From: Candidatus Poribacteria bacterium
GTDB lineage: Bacteria > Poribacteria > WGA-4E > JAJDTR01
Direction: 5' to 3'
DNA length: 64,000 bases
Assembly (NCBI GenBank): GCA_965222225.1
Contig: CBDCTK010000002.1
Span: 2,752,001-2,816,000 of the forward strand
The position numbers and the translations under genes were made by a program. Positions 30,409-41,968 of the stretch are shown piece by piece (the first letter of the stretch is position 1; each line of letters opens with the position of its first letter). The notes beneath the pieces were generated by a model. The model had not been told where the DNA came from and made no database searches. It worked only from the letters and a program-made list of their open reading frames with translations.

Positions 30409-31454
30409 TTAGGAGTTACGCAGTTGGCTGAAGCGTATAAAGAGGTTGTGCCAAATAAGCCCGTACCGCATCTCTGACAATAGAGAGTTTTGCATCAAAC
30501 CAACTGATACCGGTATGATAGCAATAGTGCTCAATTCTCAGAAAGGCTCTCAGCGCTAAACCGATATGATTTCTTTGAGTGCGAGCAGAGCGCACTTGTG
30601 CGCGTTCAATGCCAACAAATTGCTTAATCCCGCGATGATATTCTTCTATTGTCCAAGACCATTCGGCATATTTGAGACGCGTCAATTCGTCCATCTGTAA
30701 ATCATTCGTTGCCCAATATTCAATGTCACCTTCTGGAGTGTCAACCTTAAATACTCGAATCAATCCATAGCCTTTGAGATGGACAATTGTACCTGTTGAT
30801 TCACTCGGAAGCGTACTCACCGGACGGTTACCGGAATAATCTTTACTGACAAGTCGGTTGGCAGCTAGACGAGTAAGCCACTTCCAACCATGACCTCGCA
30901 CCGCTTTTAGATTCTTTAGACTGGCATACCAACTATCAAAACACACACATTCAGGAGCAAAACCGCGTGTTTTCGCTTCTTCAAGCATGGCGCGGAAATG
31001 CTCATTCTTCGTCAAGCCGTCTTTGGCTTTATCATAGATTCGATAATCACACGGAATATGTCTATCGCCATCCGTCCAGAGCAAAGTGACCAAGTTAATC
31101 CCATTCACAACTCGGTGGTGTTTCCCTGACCAGTGTTTTGTCACGAGTTCAATCTTTTGTGAATAAGGTTTATCCAGAGTCGAGTCATCTATAACTAAAA
31201 TTCCGGATTCTAATTTCACCTGATTTCTCGATTCTTGCCACAGTTTGCCAGTATCGGGTTCCTCTCGATGCAAGAGCCGTGTTATCGAATCGTGAGCCGG
31301 AGGATTATCAGCTTGGGGTTGAACTTTTTCCGATTCAAGACAACTGTAACTTTTCTGAGCGGCTACCAAGAAATCAATATAGTCAGTGTCAGTATATTTA
31401 GGGGGATTCATACTCAAATTATAACCTATTTTCACTCAACTGCGTAACTCCTAA
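30409..31454 (-). mobile_element. IS701-family insertion sequence
   Basis: Perfect 18-bp IRs TTAGGAGTTACGCAGTTG; CTT duplicated at 30406-30408 and 31455-31457. Confidence 0.9.
30416..31411 (-). CDS. IS701 family DDE transposase
   Basis: HDSITRLL, VIDDSTLDK, FDSWYAS, WTIEEYHRGIKQ. Confidence 0.92.
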   Translation of the reverse strand: MNPPKYTDTDYIDFLVAAQKSYSCLESEKVQPQADNPPAHDSITRLLHREEPDTGKLWQESRNQVKLESGILVIDDSTLDKPYSQKIELVTKHWSGKHHRVVNGINLVTLLWTDGDRHIPCDYRIYDKAKDGLTKNEHFRAMLEEAKTRGFAPECVCFDSWYASLKNLKAVRGHGWKWLTRLAANRLVSKDYSGNRPVSTLPSESTGTIVHLKGYGLIRVFKVDTPEGDIEYWATNDLQMDELTRLKYAEWSWTIEEYHRGIKQFVGIERAQVRSARTQRNHIGLALRAFLRIEHYCYHTGISWFDAKLSIVRDAVRAYLAQPLYTLQPTA

Positions 31455-34400
31455 CTTTGATGAAAAACCAATGATTTCAGGATATCCTCTGAAATGCTTC
31501 TTCAACATTATTTTCAGATTTGCGATCCGCTCGACAAACTCAAGTATAGAGGTCTTAATGTCGAACATCTTAATTTGATTAAGGAGTGCAACATCCGGCG
31601 ATTCTTCCTGTCTGAATTGCTCGACAATCCTTGCCTTGTAGGATTGATTTATCATCTTTGAAGCATTTGCAGTTTTGACGTTCGAAAACTGATTGCGGTC
31701 GCCAAGAACTAGTATCTTCTTGGCTCGAACGAACGCGGGTAGCGCTCGAGCGATGGAAACCTGGCTCGCCTCGTCAATAATAATTAAATCGAATAGCTCT
31801 CGCTCTAAAGGAACATACTCAGCGTAATCACGAATACCAGCAATCATTACAGGAAATGCCTCTCGGAGATCGGCAAAAAGATCTTTTGGGAACTTCTGTT
31901 TCTTCTGAATAATGGTCTTTATCTGTGCTGCTGTGTTTCTCTTTTCGTTCGCGAAAGCAACGACACGGCCGTCAAGGGTGTCGGCCAATCGCCGGGTATG
32001 CAGATGCTCAAGGTCGCGAAGTTCTTCGGCATAGTCAATCTCTGGAATTTCCCCAAACATCTGGCGTATTTCTTCAAAGTTTTTCAGATGATCGGCAAGG
32101 AACATGAGGCGGGAAAGAACCTTCGATCTTTTGTGCGCCCCCAAGGCTGATAAATCATGGCTCGAAATGCCAATCTCAGCGAAGAGTCCATCTTCGTCAT
32201 TGTCGAGTACATCGATAAGCTCAGCGTACGCTTCAGACAGCTCCGTTAACTCGTCGCTGCTCATCATGAGATCCTGCATCATCTGATAGAACGCTACGTC
32301 AATCTCGGCTTCGGCCGTGATATTGATACGCTTTAAGTCGTCAATTGCGTCACGGAAACCTTGCTGCGCCCGACGTAGGTGGTCAATGTGTTTATGTGCG
32401 TCTACTGCGGAGCGATAATTGAATTCATCGGTTAGGCGTCGGGCAATGCGGCGGACTTTTTTGCCTGCGAATATAAAGCCGATGAGCGGCATCCTTGCAT
32501 CTTGGAACTCGTCAATAATTCGACCCAACACTGGTAGGTTTGCTACTTGAAACTTCCCGAAACTCTTCATCTCGTCTGTGATTGTGCAGGCACTTGCCAC
32601 ACTCATCATCTTTTTTTGAAAGTCAAGAAATATCTCAAGCGGACGTCGTTGTATCTCGCAGCCGTTCACGGACAAGAGCGACTGGATTTCAGGCAGCAGA
32701 AAAAAATCGGCGACAACCTTGGCCTTAAGAACACCGCGTCTAAAATCACTATGACGGCAAAGGAAGTCTGAGTCGTCTGTCAGAAAATCAAAGTGTTTCT
32801 CGGCTTTTTGAAGCGCGATAATCCGTTTCATCTCAATGGCGATGGCCGCGGTGGAGGTGCCTGCAATCCTCCCCTTCAGGGACCGTTCCTTGTCTTCAAC
32901 ATTCTTTTTGAATTCGCCCTTCTTTGCCTTGAAGACTTGGTGACTTTGATGTATCTGACTAATCGTCTTCACCGCTAGAATCTTGGCATAGGTGCTGCCC
33001 TGTTTACCAAGCCGTAGGATTGGATCCTGGAAATTTTCACCAAGGCGAACTGTCTTCAGGGTGTCCGTGATTTTTTGTTCGGCAACATTGAGTGCTTCTT
33101 TTTTTTCGGAGAGAATGAGCACATTACGATTCTTTAGAATTGCATCAAAGACCACAGCCGTAATCGTGTGCGACTTACCAGTTCCTGGCGGCCCCTCGAC
33201 CGCGATGTACTTCCCCTCGGACGTGTTGAGAGCAAAGAGTATCTTCCGTTGCTCCTCGTTGAGCGGTACCGGGCTGTCATAGACGAGGCGATCGGGCAGC
33301 GTGGTGTTCAGCCATTTTTCGCTAACATGGTCCTCGAGCGATTCAGGATCCTCTGTCATGAACCTCATGATGAGCGCCTTGAATTCTTCGCCCACTGGGC
33401 TCTCCCCGTTGAGCAACTCAAGCAGTTCCTCGTAATCGTTAAGGAGGCTTTCGTCAGACTGGTCGAAAGCTGCGAAGTGAAGGCTATTGTCGATTGAGAT
33501 TTGCGACCGTGCTATCTTCTGCGGTCTCAAATCGTGCAGGTCTATCTCCCCGTCCATTGCGAGCGCATTGGTGAACTCATCAAGCGTGTCCTGAATATGT
33601 GCTAGGAATGTCTCTCCCTGGCCAACATATACGATTCGCTCTGAAAGTGAAAAGGCGATTGGTTTATTGATTGCGCGGCTAACTTCGCTGATTCCGAAAT
33701 CTATAGCCTTCTTGTTAATAAGTAGATGGGGGTCGATCCGAATCGTGTAAATAGACTCAGAGAGTTCGACCTCGACGGGAAAATAGAATATCGGATACGA
33801 CGTTTTGCCGAATCGCAAGGCACTTACATAGACATAAATCTGGAAGTTTTCTTTGAGTTTCAGCGTGGCTCTCAGTTCACTCAGATCACTATGAAAATCA
33901 CTGGTAGTGAAACCTTCAAAATAGTAATTCAGTTTTGTCCGAATGAGGCCAAGCTGGCAAGTCTCCTCAACAAGCCTATCAAACTCTTCGTAATTGTCAT
34001 TGACAATGGCCGAGGCAATAACAACCGGGATTGGCTCAGTTAGAGGATCGACGAGCAGGTCACCGAGTTCCTCCTCAAGGTTGTAAATCGTCTCAAGACT
34101 CTCGTTGCCTTGGTTTTCTAAGAATGTACCTAGGCTCGTCAATAACGGATTGACACTGGTAAGAAGGAGTGCTGACTTTAGTTGAGAAATGACATAATCG
34201 GCAAAGCGCTCTGGGTCGTCAGCGAGATGCTTACAATTCTCACGAGCGAATGCTTTCACGGCGTCGATAATCTCCGCGATCTTCTCGCCATCGACACCAT
34301 TTATGTGCTGGTTGATAACCTCTAGCAAGTACACACTTAATCGTGAGCGATATCTCTCGCGACGGATTCTGAACTCCAACGCCATCTTAGTATCGAAGGG

Positions 34401-34640
34401 CTGTCCAAGCAAATTCCAAAGATCCCGTGTCAATTCTGGATATTTCGATAGCGGTACACCAGTCCGGATTCCGCTACTGTCCCTTGAAGAGATTTGACGC
34501 TTAGGCGCAGACGTTTTCTTGAAGTCAGTATCCAGAAAGTCTCGGAAATAACTGGCAATGGAACCAACCCAATTATTTTCTGGCGACAAAGCAACGGGGT
34601 TTTCTATGTTTGGAGGTGTTTCCTTACCAATCAACGACAA
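31455..34640 (-). pseudogene. N-terminal part of the IS-disrupted SF1 (DNA2/NAM7-like) helicase-nuclease
   Basis: LNEEQ, EGPPGTGKSHT, FDLIIIDEASQ, LGDRNQ, LKKHFRG; joins 29148 in frame once both IS are removed. Confidence 0.9.
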
Positions 34641-35070
34641 TTCCTTACGTCAGCGACCTTCTGTCGCCGCTGGCTACAATTACTCAACAAATTTTTATTT
34701 GGTCGTCCGGATGAACCTTCTTATACACCCACCCATGTGTCGACCGACCTCGCTGGAAATCAAAGATTCATAAGTTCAGAACCGTCCCGATTTTGAGATT
34801 CAATCTGCCCTTGAGGAACGGTGATTGCGACGAGAATCGAGCACTTCCGGTACCTTGACTACCTTCCTAATCCCGTAGGCCATTTGAGTCATTGTACCTC
34901 TCTCATCCCGTTCTCGTCGTTGACCGCCCGGGGAAATATACTATACTTTCATTGTGATGTCAAGAACACCCCAACCACCCCTCGCTGTGAGCAAACCACC
35001 TTGCACCTTCCTCCCGCCATTGGGTATCATACACATTCACAAATACGTTTACCTTTATTAGGAGGAATCA

Positions 35071-35493
35071 ATGGCTCTCAACACCTACTTAACCTTTGAA
35101 GGCAACTGCCGCGAAGTGTTTGAATTCTACCGCTCCGTCTTCGGCGGGGAGTTCGCGTTCATCTCGACATTCCGCGAAGGGCCGGAAGACATGGGCGTTG
35201 CGGAGGTGGAGCTTGACCGTATCCTGCACGTTTCCCTTCCCGTTGGCTCAAGCGTCCTCATGGGCAGCGACAGTTGCTCATCGTTCGGTCCCCCGCCGGT
35301 CGTAGGGAACAACGTCTCACTCTCCTTCGAAGCGGAAAGCAAAGAACATGCGGACGAAATCTTCGCCAAACTGTCAAGCGGCGGCGAGGTGAAGTGCCCG
35401 ATGGCAGATGCGTTCTGGGGCGCCTATTTCGGCGCATGCACCGACAAATTCGGCATCAACTGGCAGATTATCGCTAAACAATCACAAGACTGA
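35071..35493 (+). CDS. VOC family protein (PhnB/YjdN-like)
   Basis: YLTFEGNC.E..EFY..VFGG, LMGSD, FWGAYFG..TDKFGINW. Confidence 0.93.
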   Translation: MALNTYLTFEGNCREVFEFYRSVFGGEFAFISTFREGPEDMGVAEVELDRILHVSLPVGSSVLMGSDSCSSFGPPPVVGNNVSLSFEAESKEHADEIFAKLSSGGEVKCPMADAFWGAYFGACTDKFGINWQIIAKQSQD

Positions 35494-35552
35494 ACAGGCG
35501 CGCGTCCAACGGCTCGCAATATCCACCATTTTCCATCGGCAGCGAGGTCAAC

Positions 35553-35972
35553 ATGTCCAAGATCGATAACCCTGAAGTTGCGCGAGTGTTCGACGGCTAC
35601 CCGGAGCCCATGCGCAAGAAAATGATGCGCCTCCGGCAACTCGTCCTGGACACGGCATCGGAGACCGAGGGCGTCGACGCGCCGGAGGAAACCCTGAAGT
35701 GGGGAGAACCCAGCTACCTCACGAAGGACGGCAGCACAATCAGAATGGACTGGAAGGCCAGGGCGCCCGACCAGTACGCGATGTACTTCAATTGCAACAC
35801 GTTGTTGGTCGCCACATTCAAAGCGGTCTACGGTGATGTGTTCACATTCGAGGACAACAGAGCCATCGTGTTCGGCGAAACCGACGAGTTCCCGGTCGAC
35901 GAGCTGAAACACTGCATCTCGCTCGCTCTGACATATCATCGCGTGAAACATCTACCGTGGCTAGGCGCCTGA
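35553..35972 (+). CDS. DUF1801 domain protein
   Basis: LRQLV, EETLKWGEPSY, ALTYH. Confidence 0.85.
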   Translation: MSKIDNPEVARVFDGYPEPMRKKMMRLRQLVLDTASETEGVDAPEETLKWGEPSYLTKDGSTIRMDWKARAPDQYAMYFNCNTLLVATFKAVYGDVFTFEDNRAIVFGETDEFPVDELKHCISLALTYHRVKHLPWLGA

Positions 35973-36009
35973 CCGAGACGCTCAGCGGCGCTTTCTCAGG
36001 AAATATCTC

Positions 36010-36600
36010 ATGGACAAGATTGACTTCAAAAAGACGATGAAGAATCTCTATCGTGCCACCAACAAGGTGGAGCGCGTCAAGCCGGGCGAGGGAACCTTCC
36101 TGGTTGTGGATGGGCAGGGCGCTCCCGGCGGCGAAGCGTTTCAAAAGGCGATTCAAGACCTCTACCCGGTCGCCTACACCGTGAAATTCTCTCTGAAAAA
36201 GGCGGGGACGATCGACTTTGTCGTTCCTCCTCTGGAGGCGCTTTGGTACGATGATCCGGCTGAAGTTCCCGACGTTTCCCGGTGGCGTTGGAGGACGATG
36301 ATCCGTGTGCCGGAGAGTGTGAAAAGCGAGCAGCTGCAAGAGGCACAGAGTACCATCTTGGAGAAGAAGGGAACTGACACCTCCGACGTCCAATTGGTAA
36401 GATGGGAGGAAGGCGATAGCCTTCAGGTCTTGCACATTGGCCCCTACGACCAAGTCGGAGCTATCTACGAACAGTTTCAGAGTAGGGCGCTGTTAGAAAA
36501 TGTCACTCTCCAGCCTCCGGGGCATGAAATCTATCTCAGCGATCCCCGTCGTACCGCGCCAGAAAAGCTCAAGACAATCGTACGGATGTCCCTAGTTTGA
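36010..36600 (+). CDS. GyrI-like small-molecule-binding protein
   Basis: KIDFKK..K.LY, PLEALW, HIGPYD, HEIYLSDPRRTAPEKLKTIVR. Confidence 0.92.
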   Translation: MDKIDFKKTMKNLYRATNKVERVKPGEGTFLVVDGQGAPGGEAFQKAIQDLYPVAYTVKFSLKKAGTIDFVVPPLEALWYDDPAEVPDVSRWRWRTMIRVPESVKSEQLQEAQSTILEKKGTDTSDVQLVRWEEGDSLQVLHIGPYDQVGAIYEQFQSRALLENVTLQPPGHEIYLSDPRRTAPEKLKTIVRMSLV

Positions 36601-36704
36601 GAATCTCTGTAGCCATCTCCCCGGCAGGAAATTTCGCAGCCACATCCGGTGAGAGCACAATTCCGTGCCGTTACCCCGACATGCTCTCTTCAGCACATCT
36701 ATAT

Positions 36705-36910
36705 TAGGATTTACCCAGTTCGGTTTTTGTAGGGAACGCAGATCTGCGTTCCCTACTTGCATCATTTAAAGAAAGAGAGTACATAGGGAATAACGATCAA
36801 GCGAGTGAATAACGAGTGCGATAGAGATCCCTCGTTATTCCCTACTACAAGCGCCCTGCAAAATGAGATTGTCGTGAAGATAGCCATTTCTACTTTTTGC
36901 GTAAGTCCTA
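36705..36910. mobile_element. MITE-like element with IS701-type ends enclosing REP hairpins
   Basis: TAGGATTTACCCA...TGCGTAAGTCCTA flanked by TAT on both sides; internal palindromes at 36729-36756 and ~36785-36844. Confidence 0.6.
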
Positions 36911-36941
36911 TATTAATTGGACAAGAGGAAATAGCATAACA

Positions 36942-37544
36942 ATGTCAAATGAGAGAATTATTGAGCTCGAACAGAATATCGGCAAGTTAATAGCAGAGCT
37001 CAATGCTCTGCGCAAGACCAACCCGGGGACGCCGGTCCCCAATTACACCTTTGCGACGCTGACCAGTCAGGTGACGCTGCTCGAACTGTTCGGCGGAAAG
37101 GACAAGCTGCTGGCTATCCATAACATGGGACAGGGCTGCCGCTATTGCACGTTATGGGCGGACGGCTTCAACGGCTTGTTGCCCCATCTGGAATCTGCCC
37201 TGTCCGTCGTGTTGCTCTCGAAGGATCCGCCCGAAGTTCAGCGCCGGTTTGCCAACGCCCGCGGCTGGCGGATTCGCCTAGCGTCGCACGGAGGCGGGGT
37301 TTACATGCGTGAGCAGTCGGTGGTTAACGAAGAAGACAATTACCCGGGCGCCGTGGTCTACGAACGGGACGGTGACACCATTCTGCGCAAGAGCGCGTGC
37401 GAGTTCGGCCCAGGCGACATCTACTGTGCGATGTGGAGCCTTCTCGGCTTGGCGGGACTCGGCGAAGATGAATGGACGCCGCAGTACACCTATTGGAAAC
37501 GTCCCGCCGAATTGGACGACGGCGGCTTGGACGTGCTTGACTGA
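36942..37544 (+). CDS. DUF899 family thioredoxin-like protein
   Basis: VTLLELFG.KDKL...H, CRYCTLWADG. Confidence 0.8.
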   Translation: MSNERIIELEQNIGKLIAELNALRKTNPGTPVPNYTFATLTSQVTLLELFGGKDKLLAIHNMGQGCRYCTLWADGFNGLLPHLESALSVVLLSKDPPEVQRRFANARGWRIRLASHGGGVYMREQSVVNEEDNYPGAVVYERDGDTILRKSACEFGPGDIYCAMWSLLGLAGLGEDEWTPQYTYWKRPAELDDGGLDVLD

Positions 37545-37577
37545 ACGCGGCAACAAGCCGCTGCGGAGCCTACCGAA

Positions 37578-38558
37578 ATGGCACAAGACGTTTTGACACA
37601 AGCAGGCGCCTTTGCGCGTGAGGGCAACCTTGAGGCACTCGAAAATCTGCTCTCCTCCTCCCCGGCGGTTCTCACGGCAAGGGATTCCGAAGGGCGCACG
37701 CTGCTCGATCTTGCTTGCCGCGCCGCGACCGGAGACATCGCCATTCCCTTGCACCCGGGCACACCCGAACAGCATGCCGCCGTTGACCTGATCTTGAAGG
37801 CGGGTGCTGACCCGTCCGCCGCCGACCACGACAACTGGTCGCCGCTGCATTCCGCGGCTATGGCAGGCCACACCGACCTGGCACGGCGGCTCGTCGCCGC
37901 GGGCGCTTCTACCGAGATGAACGCATATGGCAAGGAAGGCGGCTCTCCGCTGTCCTACGCGCTGTTTTACGCCAAAGCCTATATGGGCGAGGTGTTGGTG
38001 CCGGTCTATCCCGACAATCTGCGCGCCGCTGCCGCGCTCGGGAACGACCTCGGCCGATTCGTTGACGGCGATGAGCTGACGCCGGATGCCTACCGCGGAC
38101 TCGACTTCTACGCCCCCGAGTTTTTCCCGGCTTGGGATCGCACCCGCAGCCGTCAGGAGGTGCTTGATGAATCGCTTTCTTGGGCGGCGCGGAACAACCA
38201 GAGCAATTCCATGGCAGCGCTCGTCGCTCTCGGCGCGGACGTCAACGCCAATCCCTTCCGCGGCACGCCGCTCCTGTGGGCGTGCTACAGCGACAAGGTC
38301 GAAGCGGCGGCTTGGTTGCTGGATCATGGCGCGGATTCGGATCTGCGGCACGATTGGGGCGGCGAAGGCCACGGCGTCGATGCCGTCGCCATGCACCTGG
38401 CGGCGCAATACAACTGCGTGAGATGCTTGAACCTACTGCTCGACCGAGGAGCCGATTCGACCGTCGTCGACGGCGCCCACGACGGCACACCCAAGGGATG
38501 GGCGGAATTTCACGGTGCGACCGACGCCGTCGAGATATTAAACCGACGAGTCGGATAG
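37578..38558 (+). CDS. Ankyrin repeat protein
   Basis: GRTLLDLA, SPLHSAA..G, TPLLWA, LLDRGAD repeats. Confidence 0.92.
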   Translation: MAQDVLTQAGAFAREGNLEALENLLSSSPAVLTARDSEGRTLLDLACRAATGDIAIPLHPGTPEQHAAVDLILKAGADPSAADHDNWSPLHSAAMAGHTDLARRLVAAGASTEMNAYGKEGGSPLSYALFYAKAYMGEVLVPVYPDNLRAAAALGNDLGRFVDGDELTPDAYRGLDFYAPEFFPAWDRTRSRQEVLDESLSWAARNNQSNSMAALVALGADVNANPFRGTPLLWACYSDKVEAAAWLLDHGADSDLRHDWGGEGHGVDAVAMHLAAQYNCVRCLNLLLDRGADSTVVDGAHDGTPKGWAEFHGATDAVEILNRRVG

Positions 38559-38687
38559 CGTGTCAGCCTGCCTTGCCCCGGACCCCATCATTGACTTGAT
38601 ACGCGGCGCGTGCGTTGACCCTCGCGCCGATGGTATGATATACTCACGCGCGTCTACAGATTCTCGCACTTTTTTCGGGAGGAAACG

Positions 38688-39122
38688 ATGATTCTCAACA
38701 CCTACTTAACCTTCGACGACAACTGCCGAGAAGTGTTTGAATTCTACCGTTCCATCTTCGGCGGCGAGTTTGAAACTCTTATGACGTTCCGTGATGGCCC
38801 GGAGGACATGAACGTCGCTGAAGAGGAGCTTGACCGTATCATGCACGTCTCACTTCCGATCGGATCCAGTGTCCTCATGGGCAGCGACAGTTGTTCAGGG
38901 TTCGGTCCACCGCCTGTCGTAGGGAACAACTTCTCGCTCTCGTTCCAAGCGGAGAGCAGAGAACATGCGGACGAGGTCTTCGCCAATCTGTCAGACGGCG
39001 GCGAAGCGAAGTGGCCAATGGGCGACATGTTCTGGGGCGCATACTTCGGCGGATGCACCGACAAGTTCGGCATCAACTGGCAGGTGCTTGCCCAATGCGA
39101 AGATGATCAAGCGAGCGAATAG
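38688..39122 (+). CDS. VOC family protein (PhnB-like), close paralog of 35071-35493
   Basis: Long identical stretches shared with 35071-35493. Confidence 0.93.
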   Translation: MILNTYLTFDDNCREVFEFYRSIFGGEFETLMTFRDGPEDMNVAEEELDRIMHVSLPIGSSVLMGSDSCSGFGPPPVVGNNFSLSFQAESREHADEVFANLSDGGEAKWPMGDMFWGAYFGGCTDKFGINWQVLAQCEDDQASE

Positions 39123-39309
39123 CGAGCAGGATTTTCTATGGGAGTTCTATCGCACTCATTATTCATTCGCTTGATCCCTCCTTATCCAGTCGGTTGATCG
39201 ATAGAGATCCCCTTGCCCCACCGACTTTGCGCGAAGGCAAGACTTTTTACTCCGCTCCACGCAATCAATGCACTAGCATTTTAGAGAAATGGTATAAGCC
39301 ACAATCTTC

Positions 39310-39450
39310 ATGAACGAAAAATCGAAGGTACGTACCTGTCTCTGGTTTGACAACCAAGGCGAAGAGGCGGCACAAAGGGCGCACAACGCCATGATGAAAA
39401 TGGCCAAGATAGACATCGCTGCCCTTGAGTCCGCTTTTAACGGTGAGTAG
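39310..39450 (+). pseudogene. Internally deleted VOC (3-demethylubiquinone-9 3-methyltransferase-like family) gene
   Basis: MNEKSKVRTCLWFDNQGEEAA fused directly to QRAHNAMMKMAKIDIAALESAFNGE*. Confidence 0.8.
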
Positions 39451-39672
39451 TGCGGCGGAGGAACCGTGCACTGCTGTCTCCGCTCGACATCAATCACTGA
39501 GGGCAGACAAGTCCTTCAATATTGGGTCGAATAAGTGGCTGCCGGACTTGGCAAGCGACGAACAGTGGACACACACGACTGAACGAAAATCAACCCTACT
39601 TTCTGTCGCGCGTCAGTCATCGCTGTTGTTCGTCGCGCTGAGAGAGAACACGATAAGGATCGGGAAGCAATA

Positions 39673-40106
39673 ATGACGACCGAAACACGACCCAAGGTGC
39701 GAAAATCATTCCGGCTCTGCGCTACGTAGACGCTCCCGCCGCGATCGAATGGCTGTGCGCGGCGTTCGGCTTCGAGAAGCACTTGGTCGTGCCGGGTGAC
39801 AACGACCTGATTGCCCATGCCCAACTCACCCTTCGAAACAGTATGATTATGCTGGGTTCGGTCCGCGAAGGGGAATATGACGACCTGCTAATCCAACCGA
39901 CGGATGCCGGCGCGGTAACCCAGGCACCCTACGTGATCGTCGATGATGTGGACACCCACTGCGCGCGGGCACGGGCGTCCGGTGCCGAGATTGTAATGGA
40001 GCCTGCCGACCAAGATTATGGCGGTCGACTCTATATCTGCCGCGATATCGAGCGCCACGTATGGAACTTTGGTTCTTATGACCCATGGGCAGATCCCGGC
40101 GGCTAG
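39673..40106 (+). pseudogene. Glyoxalase/bleomycin-resistance (VOC) protein with a frameshift just after the ATG
   Basis: IIPALRY.DAPAAIEWLC.AFGF...HAQL...DQDYGGR...RD.E.HVWNFGSYDPW; the ATG at 39673 is off-frame. Confidence 0.7.
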
Positions 40107-40227
40107 GAACATACACAGGTCTGCGCTCTGCGATGCTTGCGACGCCGGCGTCAAGTATTTCGAAACGTGCCAAGTTCAAATCAACAACATCTTCTTCCGT
40201 ACACATTCGCGCATGTTATGGTGAGAA

Positions 40228-41013
40228 TTGGAAACTAGAGACACATTGATAGAATCGTCAAACGAGAAGGCTGCGCTACGATACCGCGCCCGACTCTATC
40301 CGTCAGCCGAACTTTGCAGCGCGCTGCGGGAGGCACTGCGCGAGAACGGCAATCCCGAGAAAGCGCCGGGGATGCAGGCTTACATGAAGTCGGAGATGCC
40401 CTATCTCGGAGTGCAGACGCCGGCGCTGAAAGTGGTGTGCCGCAAAGTCTTCGCCGCGTACCCGCTCCGAACACAGAAACGCTGGCTGCACACCATCCTC
40501 GCCATCTGGCGGAATGCGGACTACCGGGAAGAGCGCTACGCCGCCATCAGGCTCGGCGAAAATCCCGCCTACGAGGACTTCCAGACACTTGAGGCACTGC
40601 CCTGCTACGAGGAGATGATCGTCGATGGCGCGTGGTGGGACTATATAGACACCATCGCGCCCCGGCTTGTCGGCGGTCTTCTGACCCGCTATCCGGAGGA
40701 GATGAAAGGGGTGATGCTTGAATGGGCGCACTCGTCCGACATCTGGAAACGCCGCACCTCCATCCTCTGTCAATTGAAATTCAAGGATGCCACGGACGTT
40801 GATTTCCTTCAAGCGTGCATTGAACCGTCCATAGAGCATCCCGAATTCTTCCTGCGCAAAGCGATTGCTTGGGCGCTGCGCGAGTATGCCAAGACTGATC
40901 CGGACGTGGTCATCGCCTATATCACGGAGAACGCACATCGGTTGAGCACATTCAGCAAACGCCAAGCCTTGCGCCTCCTCCTCAGGACGGGCCGCATTGA
41001 CGCCGTGCCCTAA
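40228..41013 (+). CDS. DNA alkylation repair protein (AlkD-like HEAT-repeat glycosylase)
   Basis: MQAYMKS, YREER, WWDYID, W.RR, EFFLRKAIAWALREYAK; start uncertain. Confidence 0.9.
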   Translation: METRDTLIESSNEKAALRYRARLYPSAELCSALREALRENGNPEKAPGMQAYMKSEMPYLGVQTPALKVVCRKVFAAYPLRTQKRWLHTILAIWRNADYREERYAAIRLGENPAYEDFQTLEALPCYEEMIVDGAWWDYIDTIAPRLVGGLLTRYPEEMKGVMLEWAHSSDIWKRRTSILCQLKFKDATDVDFLQACIEPSIEHPEFFLRKAIAWALREYAKTDPDVVIAYITENAHRLSTFSKRQALRLLLRTGRIDAVP

Positions 41014-41123
41014 CCGACGATCGGGGTTCGGGTGGGAAAGAGGACTTGTATTCTTTTATCTCAACCGTGCCGGCAATCCATGTCTAGCTATAAATCTGTT
41101 GCTTGACAAAGGAAACTCCGAAA

Positions 41124-41561
41124 ATGAACAAATGTCACTACTCAATCACGATTTCAGCGCCGCGATCCACCGTGTGGCACGTTCTGCTAGACGATGAGAC
41201 CTACAGACAGTGGACGACCGTATTCGCTGAAGGTTCGTACTTCGAGGGCGGCTGGAAGGTGGGCAGCACCCTTCGTTTCCTTACGCCGGAAAAGGACGAA
41301 ATGGTGAGGGTGTTTGCGGAAAACCGAAAGCACGAGTTTGTATCAATCGAGCACCTCGGCTGTGTCGTCAAGGGCGTCGACGATACGGAAAGTGACGAGG
41401 TGAAGGCGTGGACGCCGGCTTACGAAAATTACACACTCGCCGAAGTGGACGCTGGTACCGAACTAGTCGTTGACATAGATATACCTTCGACGTATCAGGC
41501 TTACTTTAAAGACGTATGGCCCCGAGCGCTGAAGGCAGTTAAAGAACTATCCGAAAAATAG
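41124..41561 (+). CDS. SRPBCC/START-like domain protein
   Basis: I.APRSTVW..L.D.ETYRQW...F.EGS; WPRAL..VK. Confidence 0.88.
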   Translation: MNKCHYSITISAPRSTVWHVLLDDETYRQWTTVFAEGSYFEGGWKVGSTLRFLTPEKDEMVRVFAENRKHEFVSIEHLGCVVKGVDDTESDEVKAWTPAYENYTLAEVDAGTELVVDIDIPSTYQAYFKDVWPRALKAVKELSEK

Positions 41562-41569
41562 GAGAAATT

Positions 41570-41968
41570 ATGAGCAGATTAACCTTTACCAACCTACCCG
41601 TTAAAGACCTCGACAAATCAAAGGAATTCTATTCCCAACTAGGATTTGAATTTAACCCCGATTTTAGCGGCGAAAATTGCGCCTGCTTGGTCATCTCCGA
41701 AGGCAGCTATTCCATGCTAATGACCGAGTCTTTTTTCCAGATGTCTACCAACAAAGAAATCGCCGACGCATCAAAGACCAGCGAGGTCGTCATCGCGTTA
41801 TCCACTGACAGCCGTGAGGAGGTCGATGCGATAGTAGACAAGGCGCTCAACGCCGGCAGCAGCGAACCGGTGCCAACCGAGGATCAGCCTTGGATGTATT
41901 GCAGGACATTCCAAGACCCCGATGGGCACGTGTGGCAACTGTTTCACATGAGCCAAGGAGAGGGGTAA
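41570..41968 (+). CDS. VOC/glyoxalase family protein
   Basis: NLPVKDLDKSKEFY..LGF, FQDPDGHVW. Confidence 0.92.
   Translation: MSRLTFTNLPVKDLDKSKEFYSQLGFEFNPDFSGENCACLVISEGSYSMLMTESFFQMSTNKEIADASKTSEVVIALSTDSREEVDAIVDKALNAGSSEPVPTEDQPWMYCRTFQDPDGHVWQLFHMSQGEG

Noticed and set aside
37278-38408. Long antisense ORFs (376 aa here; also 40303-40965, 59453-60193 and 61121-61915)
   Set aside because: Shadows of GC-rich genes on the opposite strand with no recognisable motifs.
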